64,000 nucleotides of DNA from positions 443-64,442 of the forward strand of contig CAZWFN010000013.1 of assembly GCA_964633205.1 (NCBI GenBank). The letters run 5' to 3'. The DNA comes from an uncultured Myxococcales bacterium (GTDB lineage: Bacteria; Myxococcota; B64-G9). Position numbers and translations under genes: made by a program. Numbering within the stretch: the first letter of the stretch is position 1; each line of letters opens with the position of its first letter. Below, one piece after another: positions 26,452-34,829 of this stretch. The notes beneath the pieces are model-generated. The model was not told the DNA's origin. It ran no database searches and saw nothing but the letters and a program-made list of their open reading frames with translations.

Positions 26452-28853
26452 GCCACTGCTGGGCTGCCGGGCTGGTCGCATGGTTGGGGCTGCTGCCGGC
26501 AGCCGCGGCGGGCTGGCCGGTGGGACAGAGCCGGCAGGGCATGACCCGCGACGAGCCGCTGGTGCTGCAGGCCGAGGGAGCCGCGCAGGCGTCGCCGACG
26601 CTGGTCTTGAACGCGGCCGGGCGACCGATGGTGGCCTGGGTGAGCGGGGGCGACGGTCAGGAACGGATCCTGCTGCGGCGGTTGAAAGCCGCCGGCCGCC
26701 TGGGCCCGGCGCAGATCGTGTGGCGCGGCGCCCGCGCCTGGCGGCCGCGGCTGGCCGCGGGCGGCGGCCGGCTGTGGCTGGTCTGGTGCGGCCGCCGGCG
26801 GGCGCCGGCACCCGGCGACCACGGCCGCCATGTCTTCGCCCGCCGGCTCGACGGCCCCCGGCCCGGACCGGTGTTGCGCCTTTCGCAAGGCGCTGGCCGA
26901 GCCTGCGATCCGGCCGCGGTGGTTGCGGACGATGGCTCTTTGCAGGTGGTCTGGGAGCAGAGTTCGCCCGACCTGCCGGCCGGGGTGCGCATCGCCCAGC
27001 GGGCGGTCTCGCCCCGGGGCGAGACGCTGGCTGGGCCGATGTTGCTATCGGCCGGCCCGTTCGACCGGCGGCCGGCGCTGGTGCTGGCCGACGGCGGGCT
27101 GGTGGTGGCCTGGGACCGCTTGCGCGACGCAGCGCCGAACGGCGCGCTCGACCCCGATTTCGAACTGCTGCTGCGGCGGCGCAGCCGGGCTGGCTGGCAG
27201 CCTCCGCTGCGGGTCGATCCGCGGCCGGGTATCCAGGCCGCGCCGGCGCTGGCTGCGGCGCCGGGCGGGGGCGTGCTGCTGGCGGCCCACTCCAGCCACC
27301 GCCACGGTCTGGTCAAGTGGTGGCGCCTGTATCGCATCCGCGGCCGGCGGGTCGAATCGCTGGCGTCGCGCAACACGGCCGCCTGGGCCGAGCCGGCTGG
27401 CGAGCAACAGGGCGCCGAGTTTCCGTCCCTGGCGGTGCTGGCCGATGGCCGGCTGGCGATCGCCGCCCGCCGGTCGCAGGGCGCTCTGTTGCAAATGGTC
27501 GACGCCGCGGGGGTGTCGCCGGTGCTGGATCTGACCCGAGCCGGTTGGGGTGCCCGGGGTATGCGCTCCGAGCTGGCCGCCGCGGCCGACGGCGGTCTGT
27601 GGCTGGCACGCCGCGGCCGGCGCCGGGTGGTGTTGGAGCATTTTGCGAGCGGATCGGATTGCGCCCGGCCCGCGAGCGGACCACCGGCCTTCGTCCAGCT
27701 GGCGGCCGGGCCGCGGCGGCCGCCGCGGCTGGCCTTCGCCCAACCGCCGGCGGCCCCGGGGACCGATCCCCTGGCCGGGGGCGAGCTGAAGGCGGCCTTC
27801 GGCGATTTGCATATGCACTCGGCCGTCTCCGACGGTACCGGTGCCCCGGACGAGATCTTGGCCCGGGCCTGGGTGCGCGGGCTGCACTTCGCTGCGTTGA
27901 CCGACCACGACAACATCGTCGGCCGCCGCCTGCTGGCCTCGCAGCAGGACGAGATCGCCTGGCTGACCGATGCCTTCGATGCCCGACCGGGGTTTTGCAC
28001 CCTGCACGGCTACGAGTGGACCACCCCGCCGCTGCCCCGCGGCCACGGCCATCGCAACGTGTACTTCCGCGCCCAGCCGCAGGCCGGGGGCTGGTGCGGC
28101 TACCGGGGCGATTGCGGCGACTCGGCCGCCTTGTTCGAGGCGCTGCCGGCGGGCCGGACCCTGGCCGTGCCGCACCACACCAGCTGGACCGGCACCGACT
28201 GGCGGACGGCCGAGCCCACCGTGCAGCGGCTGGTGGAGATCGTCTCGGTGCACGGGCTGGCGCTGCATCCCCAAACCCAGCCGCTGCCGGCCCGCGGCGA
28301 GCTGCCCGGCATGACCGCGGTGGACGGGCTGCGCCGCGGCCTGCGATTCGGCTTCGCCGGCGGTTCGGATGCCCACGGTCTGGCCTGGCACCACGGGGTG
28401 GGGCGCAAACGCGATCCCTGGGCCTGCGGTCTGACCGTGGCCTGGATCGAACGGTTGGAGCGGGCCGCGGTGTTCGACGCCTTGCGGGCCAGGCGGACCG
28501 CGGCCACCACCGGCGTACCCATCCGGCTGTTCTTCCGCGCCGCCGGCCGGGCCATGGGCACGGCCGGGCGGGCGACAGCGCCGGTGCGGCTGCAGGCCCG
28601 GGTGAGCGGGGCCCGGCCGCCGCTGCGGCTGGAGGTGTTCCGTGATGGCCGATCGATCCACCGGCAGACCGCCGAACGCGCGCCGGTGGCGCTCGACTGG
28701 ATGGACCGCGGGGTGGATCCCGGCGACCATGCCTACTACATTCAGCTGATGCAAACCGGTGCCGAGCCGGTCGAGGCGGCCTGGTCCAGCCCGGTCTTTC
28801 TCCGGGTGGCGCCGGCCGCCGGGCGAGCGGCCGGCGGGAGGAATGGATGGTGA
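26433..28853 (+). CDS. secreted repeat (propeller-like) protein with a C-terminal PHP/DUF3604-like metal-dependent phosphoesterase domain
   Basis: Signal-like N-terminus. Repeated '...VAW/VVW/LVW...' blades. 'FGDLHMHSAVSDGTG', 'ALTDHD' and 'AVPHHTSW'. Paralogue of 48809..51607. Confidence 0.6.
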   Translation: MGRVGLSHCWAAGLVAWLGLLPAAAAGWPVGQSRQGMTRDEPLVLQAEGAAQASPTLVLNAAGRPMVAWVSGGDGQERILLRRLKAAGRLGPAQIVWRGARAWRPRLAAGGGRLWLVWCGRRRAPAPGDHGRHVFARRLDGPRPGPVLRLSQGAGRACDPAAVVADDGSLQVVWEQSSPDLPAGVRIAQRAVSPRGETLAGPMLLSAGPFDRRPALVLADGGLVVAWDRLRDAAPNGALDPDFELLLRRRSRAGWQPPLRVDPRPGIQAAPALAAAPGGGVLLAAHSSHRHGLVKWWRLYRIRGRRVESLASRNTAAWAEPAGEQQGAEFPSLAVLADGRLAIAARRSQGALLQMVDAAGVSPVLDLTRAGWGARGMRSELAAAADGGLWLARRGRRRVVLEHFASGSDCARPASGPPAFVQLAAGPRRPPRLAFAQPPAAPGTDPLAGGELKAAFGDLHMHSAVSDGTGAPDEILARAWVRGLHFAALTDHDNIVGRRLLASQQDEIAWLTDAFDARPGFCTLHGYEWTTPPLPRGHGHRNVYFRAQPQAGGWCGYRGDCGDSAALFEALPAGRTLAVPHHTSWTGTDWRTAEPTVQRLVEIVSVHGLALHPQTQPLPARGELPGMTAVDGLRRGLRFGFAGGSDAHGLAWHHGVGRKRDPWACGLTVAWIERLERAAVFDALRARRTAATTGVPIRLFFRAAGRAMGTAGRATAPVRLQARVSGARPPLRLEVFRDGRSIHRQTAERAPVALDWMDRGVDPGDHAYYIQLMQTGAEPVEAAWSSPVFLRVAPAAGRAAGGRNGW

Positions 28854-30298
28854 TGGGTGTCGAACTGTGGACGGACGGTGGGCCGGCGCGCTCCCACCGC
28901 GGTTTTTGGTTGGCGCTGTTGCTGGTGGCGGCACCGGTAGCGGCCGCACCGGCCGGTGAGCGGGTCGAGTCGAAAGCGAGCCCCCGCTGGAACGTGGTGT
29001 TGGTCACGGCCGACACACTGCGGGCCGACATGTTGGGCTGCAACGGCAACCGCGAGGTGGCCACGCCGCACATCGACGCGCTGGCCGCCGCCGGCATCCG
29101 CTTCGCCAACGCCTACACCAACATCACCACCACCACCCCGTCGCACGCCACTCTGTTCAGCTCGCTCTACCCGCGGGATCACAAGGCCTACTCCAACACC
29201 GCCCGCATCAGCTCGCGCATCCTGACACTCGACGAGATGCTGGCCCGCGCTGGCTGGTACAACGCGGCCATCATCAACTTGCCCTGGCTCAACCCGGACA
29301 TGGCCAACGTGGTGCAGGCCGGCCGCGAGGTGGCCGCTTGCAAACACATCCGCAAGGCGGATGCCACCGCGGACTGGGTGCTCGGCTTTCTCGATCGGCG
29401 CCGGGGCCGTGACCAACCCTTCTACCTGTGGGTCCACTTCATCGACAACCACACGCCCTACCACGCCCCGGGCAAGTATGCCCGCATGTACTATCCGGCG
29501 GACAAGGATCCGCGGGCCGGCAAGCGCGGCTCCTTGCAGCGGGTCTGGGGCGAGTTTCCCGTCCACCACCAGGACGAGCCGACCTTCAAGCGCTGGTTGC
29601 GGGGCATCACCGACGTGGACTACGTGATCGGGCTGAACAAGGGCTCGGTGAGCTGGCTGGATCACCATCTGGGCCGCATCGTGGCTCGGCTGAAGAAGAA
29701 CGGACAGTGGAAACGGACCCTGTTCGTGTTCACCTCCGACCACGGCGAGTCGCTGGGCGAGCACCACATCTGGTTTGCGCATTCGGGCCTCTATGAGACC
29801 ACCGCGCGGGTACCGCTGATCATCCGCGCCCCCGGCGGTCCGGCCGGCCGCTCGATCGAGACCCTGGTGCAGCTGGCCGACGTCATGCCGACCGTGCTGG
29901 CGCGTCTCGGGCTGGAGGCGCCGGACAATGCACGCGGCCGCGACCTGTGGCCTCTGCTGGCCGAGGACGAGCCCGCGGGCAGCGCCGTCTTTTTGGAGCA
30001 CGCCGGCCGGCAGCTGACCGGAGTGGTCACCCCGCAATACAAGTACATCCGCCACCGCAAGAACAAGAGCTACAATCCGCGCTATCCGCTGACCAAGGGG
30101 CGCGAGGAGCTCTACGACCTCGCCGCCGACCCGCAGGAGAAACGCGACCTGGCCGCCGAGAAAACCGCGCAGCTCGAACGGATGCGCCAGCTGTGGCGCG
30201 AGCTGCGCGATCGGCGCGGGGCCGACTTCGCCGCCGGCCAGGCCGAGGTGGACGCGCAGACCGAGGAGATGCTGCGTTCGCTGGGCTACACCCAATGA
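28847..30298 (+). CDS. secreted sulfatase-fold (PF00884-like) enzyme with T-T-P-S-H in place of C-x-P-x-R
   Basis: 'NVVLVTADTLRADML', 'NITTTTPSHATLFSSLYP', 'FTSDHGESLGEH' and 'DVMPT'. Ends in '...LRSLGYTQ'. Confidence 0.8.
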   Translation: MVMGVELWTDGGPARSHRGFWLALLLVAAPVAAAPAGERVESKASPRWNVVLVTADTLRADMLGCNGNREVATPHIDALAAAGIRFANAYTNITTTTPSHATLFSSLYPRDHKAYSNTARISSRILTLDEMLARAGWYNAAIINLPWLNPDMANVVQAGREVAACKHIRKADATADWVLGFLDRRRGRDQPFYLWVHFIDNHTPYHAPGKYARMYYPADKDPRAGKRGSLQRVWGEFPVHHQDEPTFKRWLRGITDVDYVIGLNKGSVSWLDHHLGRIVARLKKNGQWKRTLFVFTSDHGESLGEHHIWFAHSGLYETTARVPLIIRAPGGPAGRSIETLVQLADVMPTVLARLGLEAPDNARGRDLWPLLAEDEPAGSAVFLEHAGRQLTGVVTPQYKYIRHRKNKSYNPRYPLTKGREELYDLAADPQEKRDLAAEKTAQLERMRQLWRELRDRRGADFAAGQAEVDAQTEEMLRSLGYTQ

Positions 30299-31176
30299 GC
30301 AGCGGGCGCCTGTTGTGGGCCGCGGTGCGCAGTGCCCGCGCCCGCCGGATGAACCGCGACCTGGTCGGCTGGAGAGTCGAACGCCAGCTGGAACCGGTGC
30401 GGCTCGAGGACATGCAGGCCTTCGCCCGGGCCACCCGCGACGCCAACCCGGCCTACCAGGGACCACAGGCGGTGGCCCCGCCGTTGTTCATCGTGCGGCT
30501 GGTCTATCCCATGTTGCTCGAGGCCATGCTGCAGCCGCGCTTGCGGATGAACCTGCTGCGCATGGTACACGGCGAGATGGACGTGGAATGGCGCGCCCCC
30601 ATCCGCCCCGGCGATCGCTTGCAGCTATCGATGGGCATCGCGGCCATCGAGGACACCCCGGCCGGCGAGCTGCTGCGGCTGGCGGGCGAGGCCCGGCGCG
30701 ACGGCGCGCTGCTGGTTCGGGCGGTGGCCGGCTTGTTGGTGCGCGGACGGGGCGGCGAGCGTCGGAGTGGACCGGCAGCGGAAGAAGCGACCGCGGAGCG
30801 CTTCCGGCGCGAGCTGGTCACCGAGGACGGCCAGCAGCTGGAGTACGCCCGCGCCTCGGGCGATCGCAACTTCATCCACACCAGCCGCCTGCTGGCCCGC
30901 TTGGCCGGCCTGCCGCGGACCATCATGCACGGCATGTGCGTCTTCGCCATGAGCGCCGCCGGGCTGGTCGACGAGCTGGCCGACGCTGATCCGACCCGCC
31001 TGGTCCAGCTGCGCGGCCGCTTCTCCCGGCCGGTCATACCGGGCTGGCGCCTGTCGCTGGTGGGTTACAGCGCCGCGGACTCCAGCCAAATCCCGTTCGC
31101 CGTGTTCGGCCCGGCCGGCGAGCCGGTGATCAAGAAGGGCCGGGCGAGCGTCGGCCAGCCCGTCGCTCGGAAATAG
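30295..31176 (+). CDS. MaoC-like (R)-hydratase/dehydratase, double hotdog
   Basis: ATGA overlap. 'FARATRDANPAY' in the N-terminal half and 'YARASGDRNFIHT' in the C-terminal half. Confidence 0.7.
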   Translation: MSSGRLLWAAVRSARARRMNRDLVGWRVERQLEPVRLEDMQAFARATRDANPAYQGPQAVAPPLFIVRLVYPMLLEAMLQPRLRMNLLRMVHGEMDVEWRAPIRPGDRLQLSMGIAAIEDTPAGELLRLAGEARRDGALLVRAVAGLLVRGRGGERRSGPAAEEATAERFRRELVTEDGQQLEYARASGDRNFIHTSRLLARLAGLPRTIMHGMCVFAMSAAGLVDELADADPTRLVQLRGRFSRPVIPGWRLSLVGYSAADSSQIPFAVFGPAGEPVIKKGRASVGQPVARK

Positions 31177-31217
31177 CCCCGATTGCCCGAATATCCAATT
31201 TCATTCAGAGTCTTGCA

Positions 31218-31246
31218 TTGATTTGCAGTCTAAGCATTTCCATGCT
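31218..31246 (+). promoter_or_regulatory. possible promoter TTGATT-N17-CATGCT
   Basis: It lies in the AT-rich spacer upstream of 31296 and has the same -10 word as the two promoters near 6 kb. Confidence 0.25.
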
Positions 31247-31295
31247 AGCTTGAATGTGGGGGTGGTAACCAGCGACAGGAGGTCGCGTTTTCGCG

Positions 31296-31919
31296 ATGAG
31301 CTGTATGCGTCAGCTGCTTGGAGTGTGGATCGGGTTCACCTTGTTGGGCATGGGTGCTGCCGCGGCCCAGTCGGTCGCGCCGCAGCAGGCCCGGCCGGCC
31401 TCGGCCTGCCCGGAGCTGTTCGGCTCGCAGGGCGTGCGGAGCGACAACGCCGAGCAACGCCGCGAGTTGCTGGACTCGGTGCGCCAGGCCGATTATACCA
31501 TCGATTTGACCTACACCTGCGATTGGGCGGCGCCCGAGCGCATCCGTTTCGAGGGGCTCCGCTTGCTCGACACCTCCCAGCTGCCGGACCAGGGCAGGGT
31601 GGCCGTGATTCGGGTAGAGGACGAGTTGGGCGAGCAGGTCTGCGAGCCGGGCCTGTACCGGCTGCGGGTCGATGACAGCATCGGCGGTCAGGCGAGCGTG
31701 CTGGCGGTGTTGCACGACGTGGTGCTGTTGGAGCGCGGCGGCGAGCTGTGCTTCCTCAAGACGCGCTCGGCCGAGCAGCCGGTCTTTCGCATGATCTGGC
31801 GTTCGCCCTGGAAGCTGCTCAAGCTGCCGGGGACCAGCAAGACATCCAGGACCACGGCGACCCGGCGCCGCACCACCAGAAGGAGCCGCTTGCGACACAA
31901 GCGGTTTCGCCGTCGCTGA
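31296..31919 (+). CDS. secreted hypothetical protein, GspC/PilP-like core, with a strongly basic C-terminal tail
   Basis: Signal peptide. 'VAVIRVEDELGEQ...YRLRVDDSIGGQASVLAVLHDVVLLERGGELCFL'. The tail is 'SRTTATRRRTTRRSRLRHKRFRRR'. Confidence 0.4.
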   Translation: MSCMRQLLGVWIGFTLLGMGAAAAQSVAPQQARPASACPELFGSQGVRSDNAEQRRELLDSVRQADYTIDLTYTCDWAAPERIRFEGLRLLDTSQLPDQGRVAVIRVEDELGEQVCEPGLYRLRVDDSIGGQASVLAVLHDVVLLERGGELCFLKTRSAEQPVFRMIWRSPWKLLKLPGTSKTSRTTATRRRTTRRSRLRHKRFRRR

Positions 31920-31997
31920 GCCCCGGTGGTGGAGCGGATGCTGCCCGAGATCCCTGTCTATGCGACCACCGCGCTCGGCAGCGCCGCGGCCCGGCCA

Positions 31998-32231
31998 TCA
32001 GTCAGAGCGCCGGCGCCGGCCGTGGGGGCCGGGGGCGTCGCAGACGTAGTTTTCCATCTGGCCGTTGCGGTAGCGGATGCGTATGGTGCCATCGAGGCTG
32101 CGTACCTCGACGCCGCCCCGCGCTTCCTTGCTCAACGACTTGGCCTGCTCGACCGCCTCGGCGCGGCCGTCGACGGTCTCGGACTTTTCTCCTTGGCTGA
32201 CGAGGTAGCGTTCTGCTTCGGCGTTCGGCAT
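31998..32231 (-). CDS. small hypothetical protein (DUF2188-like?)
   Basis: 77 aa. 'GRAEAVEQAKSLSKEARGGVEVRSLDGTIRIR' gives only a weak resemblance. Confidence 0.35.
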   Translation of the reverse strand: MPNAEAERYLVSQGEKSETVDGRAEAVEQAKSLSKEARGGVEVRSLDGTIRIRYRNGQMENYVCDAPGPHGRRRRSD

Positions 32232-32498
32232 GTTTCTCACTCACCTCCTGGGTGGGGTCGACCGATTCCGACACCACAATGGGTCCGCGGGCAGCCGCTT
32301 CCTGGCGCGATGCGCACCCGCTGGCCCGGATCCTCGGGCCTGAATTTCGGGGTCAAACTAACAGCTTTGGTCCCGGTCTGCAAGGGCCGAATCCAGCCGG
32401 CCCAGGCCGAGCTTGATCTGAGCCCAACACCTTGTTAATACTGCGACATCGGCAGTCGATGGGCCTTTCTCCGATCCATTATCGCCCAGGGACTCCAA

Positions 32499-33071
32499 AT
32501 GCCCACGCCATACGATGAGAGCATCCTGCGGTCGCTCCGGAAGATCTCCCGGGCGGTCGATCTCTACAGCCGCCAGCTGGCCGCCCGCTACCAGCTGACC
32601 ACCCCGCAGCTGACCTGCCTGCGCCAGCTCGAACGCGGCGGCACCCTGACCTCTGGCGAGCTGGCCAGCGAGGTGGCCTTGAGCCAGGCCACCGTGACCG
32701 GCATCCTGGATCGCCTGGAGTCCCGGGGTCTGGTGCGCCGGCGGCGCGACGAGCGGGACAAGCGCCGGGTGCTGGTGGGCATCACCGCTCGCGGCCGCCA
32801 GCTGGTCGACCGGGCACCGGTGCCGCTGCAGAAGCAGTTCGCCGACCGCCTGTCCCGGCTGGCCGAGGGGGAGCAGTCCGAGATCGATGCGGTGCTGCGG
32901 CGCATCGTGGAGATGATGTCGGCCGACGACATCGAGGCCGCGCCGGTGATGACGCCGGGCCCGACCACGGCCCAGCCCGAGCAGTTGGTCGAGTTTCTGA
33001 GCCCGGAGCCGCCGGCCGACGAGGAAAAGGCGGCCAGCGACCCGCCAGCCGCCACGCCCGCGAGCAAATGA
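32499..33071 (+). CDS. MarR-family transcriptional regulator
   Basis: Winged-helix motif 'LTTPQLTCLRQLERGGTLTSGELASEVALSQATVTGILDRLESRGLVRR'. Confidence 0.85.
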   Translation: MPTPYDESILRSLRKISRAVDLYSRQLAARYQLTTPQLTCLRQLERGGTLTSGELASEVALSQATVTGILDRLESRGLVRRRRDERDKRRVLVGITARGRQLVDRAPVPLQKQFADRLSRLAEGEQSEIDAVLRRIVEMMSADDIEAAPVMTPGPTTAQPEQLVEFLSPEPPADEEKAASDPPAATPASK

Positions 33072-33129
33072 GCGCTGGCCGCGGCTGCCGCTGGCTGGAG
33101 ACGACGAGATTGGGCCGCGGTTTGCCGGC

Positions 33130-34074
33130 TCACGGTCCCTGTTCGAGGTAGCGGGCCAGGTCGGAGATGGTCTCCAAAGACAGGTTCTTGGCCCGCTCGC
33201 GGCGCATCACCAGGGCATAGGTGTTGGAGAAGCCGAACGGCTCCAGCCAGATCAGGCTCCAGCGCTGGCGGAAGGTTTTTCGCACCTCGTCCAGCACCGC
33301 CTGCGGATCCCGCTCGGCCGGCCGATCCAGGACGCTGACCAGGCCGGTGCCGGTATACTCGGCGTACAGATCGATGTCGCCCGACTTCAGGGCGTTGAAG
33401 CAGATCATGGTCCCGCCCATGTTCAACGAGCGCTCGACCGCCAGGCCCAGCCGGTGCTCGAGCATCAGGGCCATCATCTCGCCCAGGATCTCCTGTTCGC
33501 TGAAGTGCTTGCCGCCCACGGTGATCGATGGTGCCGAGCGGCGTTCGGCCGGGTCGCCGGTCAGCAGGCCCGCCTGCTCCAGGTACTGGCGGGCCACCTG
33601 CCGCGCCTTGGTGCCCTGCTCGTCGACCTCGAGATTGAGCTGGCGCATGGTCTCGGCATCGAGGCGGCCGGCCAGCTCGTTCAACACCTCGCGGATGCGG
33701 GGCTCGCGGTCGAGCAGGGCCCGACGGACCAGCGGCGCGGCGTCATACGGCGGAAAGAAGCGCTCGTCGTCTTCGAGCACGATCAGGTCGTAGGCTTCGA
33801 TCCGGCCGTCGGTCGAGTAACCGTCGATCACGTCGACCGAGCCCTCGGCCACCGCCAGGTACATCAGGCCCGGGTCCATCTGGATCGGCGGCGCGGGGAA
33901 CTCCAGGTCGTAGTGCTCCTTGAGCCCGGGGTAGCCGTCGGGGCGGCTCAAGAACTCGGCGTCGAAGGCCGCCTGCAGCCGGCCGGATTCGGCGAACCCG
34001 CGCAGCAGGCCGAGACCCACCGCCAGGACCAACATGATGATGACCGCGGTCAGGACCCGGGCGCGGATCGACAT
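33130..34074 (-). CDS. Opu-type (glycine betaine/choline family, PF04069-like) substrate-binding protein; TM-anchored, with domain order apparently circularly permuted
   Basis: 'GYSTDGRIEAYDLIVLEDDERFFPPYDAAP' comes before 'ITVGGKHFSEQEILGEMM...DLYAEYTGTG...GFSNTYALV...ISDL'. This is the reverse of canonical OpuCC order. Confidence 0.8.
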   Translation of the reverse strand: MSIRARVLTAVIIMLVLAVGLGLLRGFAESGRLQAAFDAEFLSRPDGYPGLKEHYDLEFPAPPIQMDPGLMYLAVAEGSVDVIDGYSTDGRIEAYDLIVLEDDERFFPPYDAAPLVRRALLDREPRIREVLNELAGRLDAETMRQLNLEVDEQGTKARQVARQYLEQAGLLTGDPAERRSAPSITVGGKHFSEQEILGEMMALMLEHRLGLAVERSLNMGGTMICFNALKSGDIDLYAEYTGTGLVSVLDRPAERDPQAVLDEVRKTFRQRWSLIWLEPFGFSNTYALVMRRERAKNLSLETISDLARYLEQGP

Positions 34075-34084
34075 CGGCGGTGCC

Positions 34085-34792
34085 TCACTCGCGGCCGCGA
34101 TCGCGCAGGCCGGCCGGGGTCAACCAGCGTTCAAACAGGCTCATGGTGCCATCGAACACCAACGCCAGCAGGGCGGCCGGTATGGTGCCGGCGATCAGGT
34201 AGTCGATCTTGTAGGAGCGCAGGCCGATCATGATCAGATCGCCAAGACCGCCGGCGCCCACCAGAGCGCACAGGGTGGCCACCCCGATGGTCCAGACCGC
34301 CGAGATGCGCACTCCGGACATGATCACCGGCAGCGCCAGGGGCAGCTCGACCTTGAGCAGCACCTGGCGGCGGGTCATGCCCATGGCGCTGGCCACCTCG
34401 ATGACCGCCGGATCCACCTGCCGGATGCCGGTGTAGGTGTTGCGCAGGATCGGCAGCAGGGCGTAGAGCACCAGCGCCGCGATGGCCGGCAGCACGCCGA
34501 CCGTGGGCAGCACCCCGCCTTCCTCGTACCACTGGGCCCCGCCCCACAGGTGGTTGATGAGCAAGAACAGCACCAGCATCAGCGCCAGCATGGCCAGCGA
34601 CGGGATGGTCTGGAACAGCGCCGCCGCCCCCAGCACGCCCGAGGAGACCCGCTGGTGCCGGGTGCGGGCCAGCACCACACCCAGCGGTATGGCCACCGCC
34701 GCTGCCAGGCCCAGGCTGACCACGGTCAAGAACAGGTGCTCCACCGTGTGGACGGCGATGTCGGTTCCCAGCTTGTCCCACCATTCGGCCAC
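34085..34792 (-). CDS. Opu-type ABC transporter permease
   Basis: 235 aa, multi-TM. Contains the 'EVASAMGMTRRQVLLKVELPLALPVIMSG' EAA-loop region. Confidence 0.85.
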   Translation of the reverse strand: MAEWWDKLGTDIAVHTVEHLFLTVVSLGLAAAVAIPLGVVLARTRHQRVSSGVLGAAALFQTIPSLAMLALMLVLFLLINHLWGGAQWYEEGGVLPTVGVLPAIAALVLYALLPILRNTYTGIRQVDPAVIEVASAMGMTRRQVLLKVELPLALPVIMSGVRISAVWTIGVATLCALVGAGGLGDLIMIGLRSYKIDYLIAGTIPAALLALVFDGTMSLFERWLTPAGLRDRGRE

Positions 34793-34829
34793 TGCGAATG
34801 CTCCCTCTTGCGTGCGGGGGGCGCCGCGC

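Noticed and set aside
21255-30466. Long antisense ORFs across the envelope locus (21255..23468, 23522..25162, 25285..26811, 27045..28949, 27313..29109, 28742..30466).
   Set aside because: Same reasoning as above. They are opposite to motif-rich plus-strand genes linked by ATGA/GTGA overlaps, and their translations are compositionally biased with no recognisable family.
24784-31176. ORF-track N-terminal extensions of the GT4 (from 24784), PHP-propeller (from 25572) and MaoC (from 29947) genes. The same applies to 45817..47553, 2539..3543, 39362..40357 and 17268..18326.
   Set aside because: The extensions overlap the preceding genes out of frame and are Arg/Pro/Gly-rich. Internal starts with RBS or stop-start overlaps give family-typical N-termini.
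32420-32498. A short inverted repeat ACTGC-N7-GCAGT upstream of marR considered as an operator.
   Set aside because: It has only 5-bp arms, which is expected by chance in this spacer. It does not resemble the palindrome at 45686..45704.
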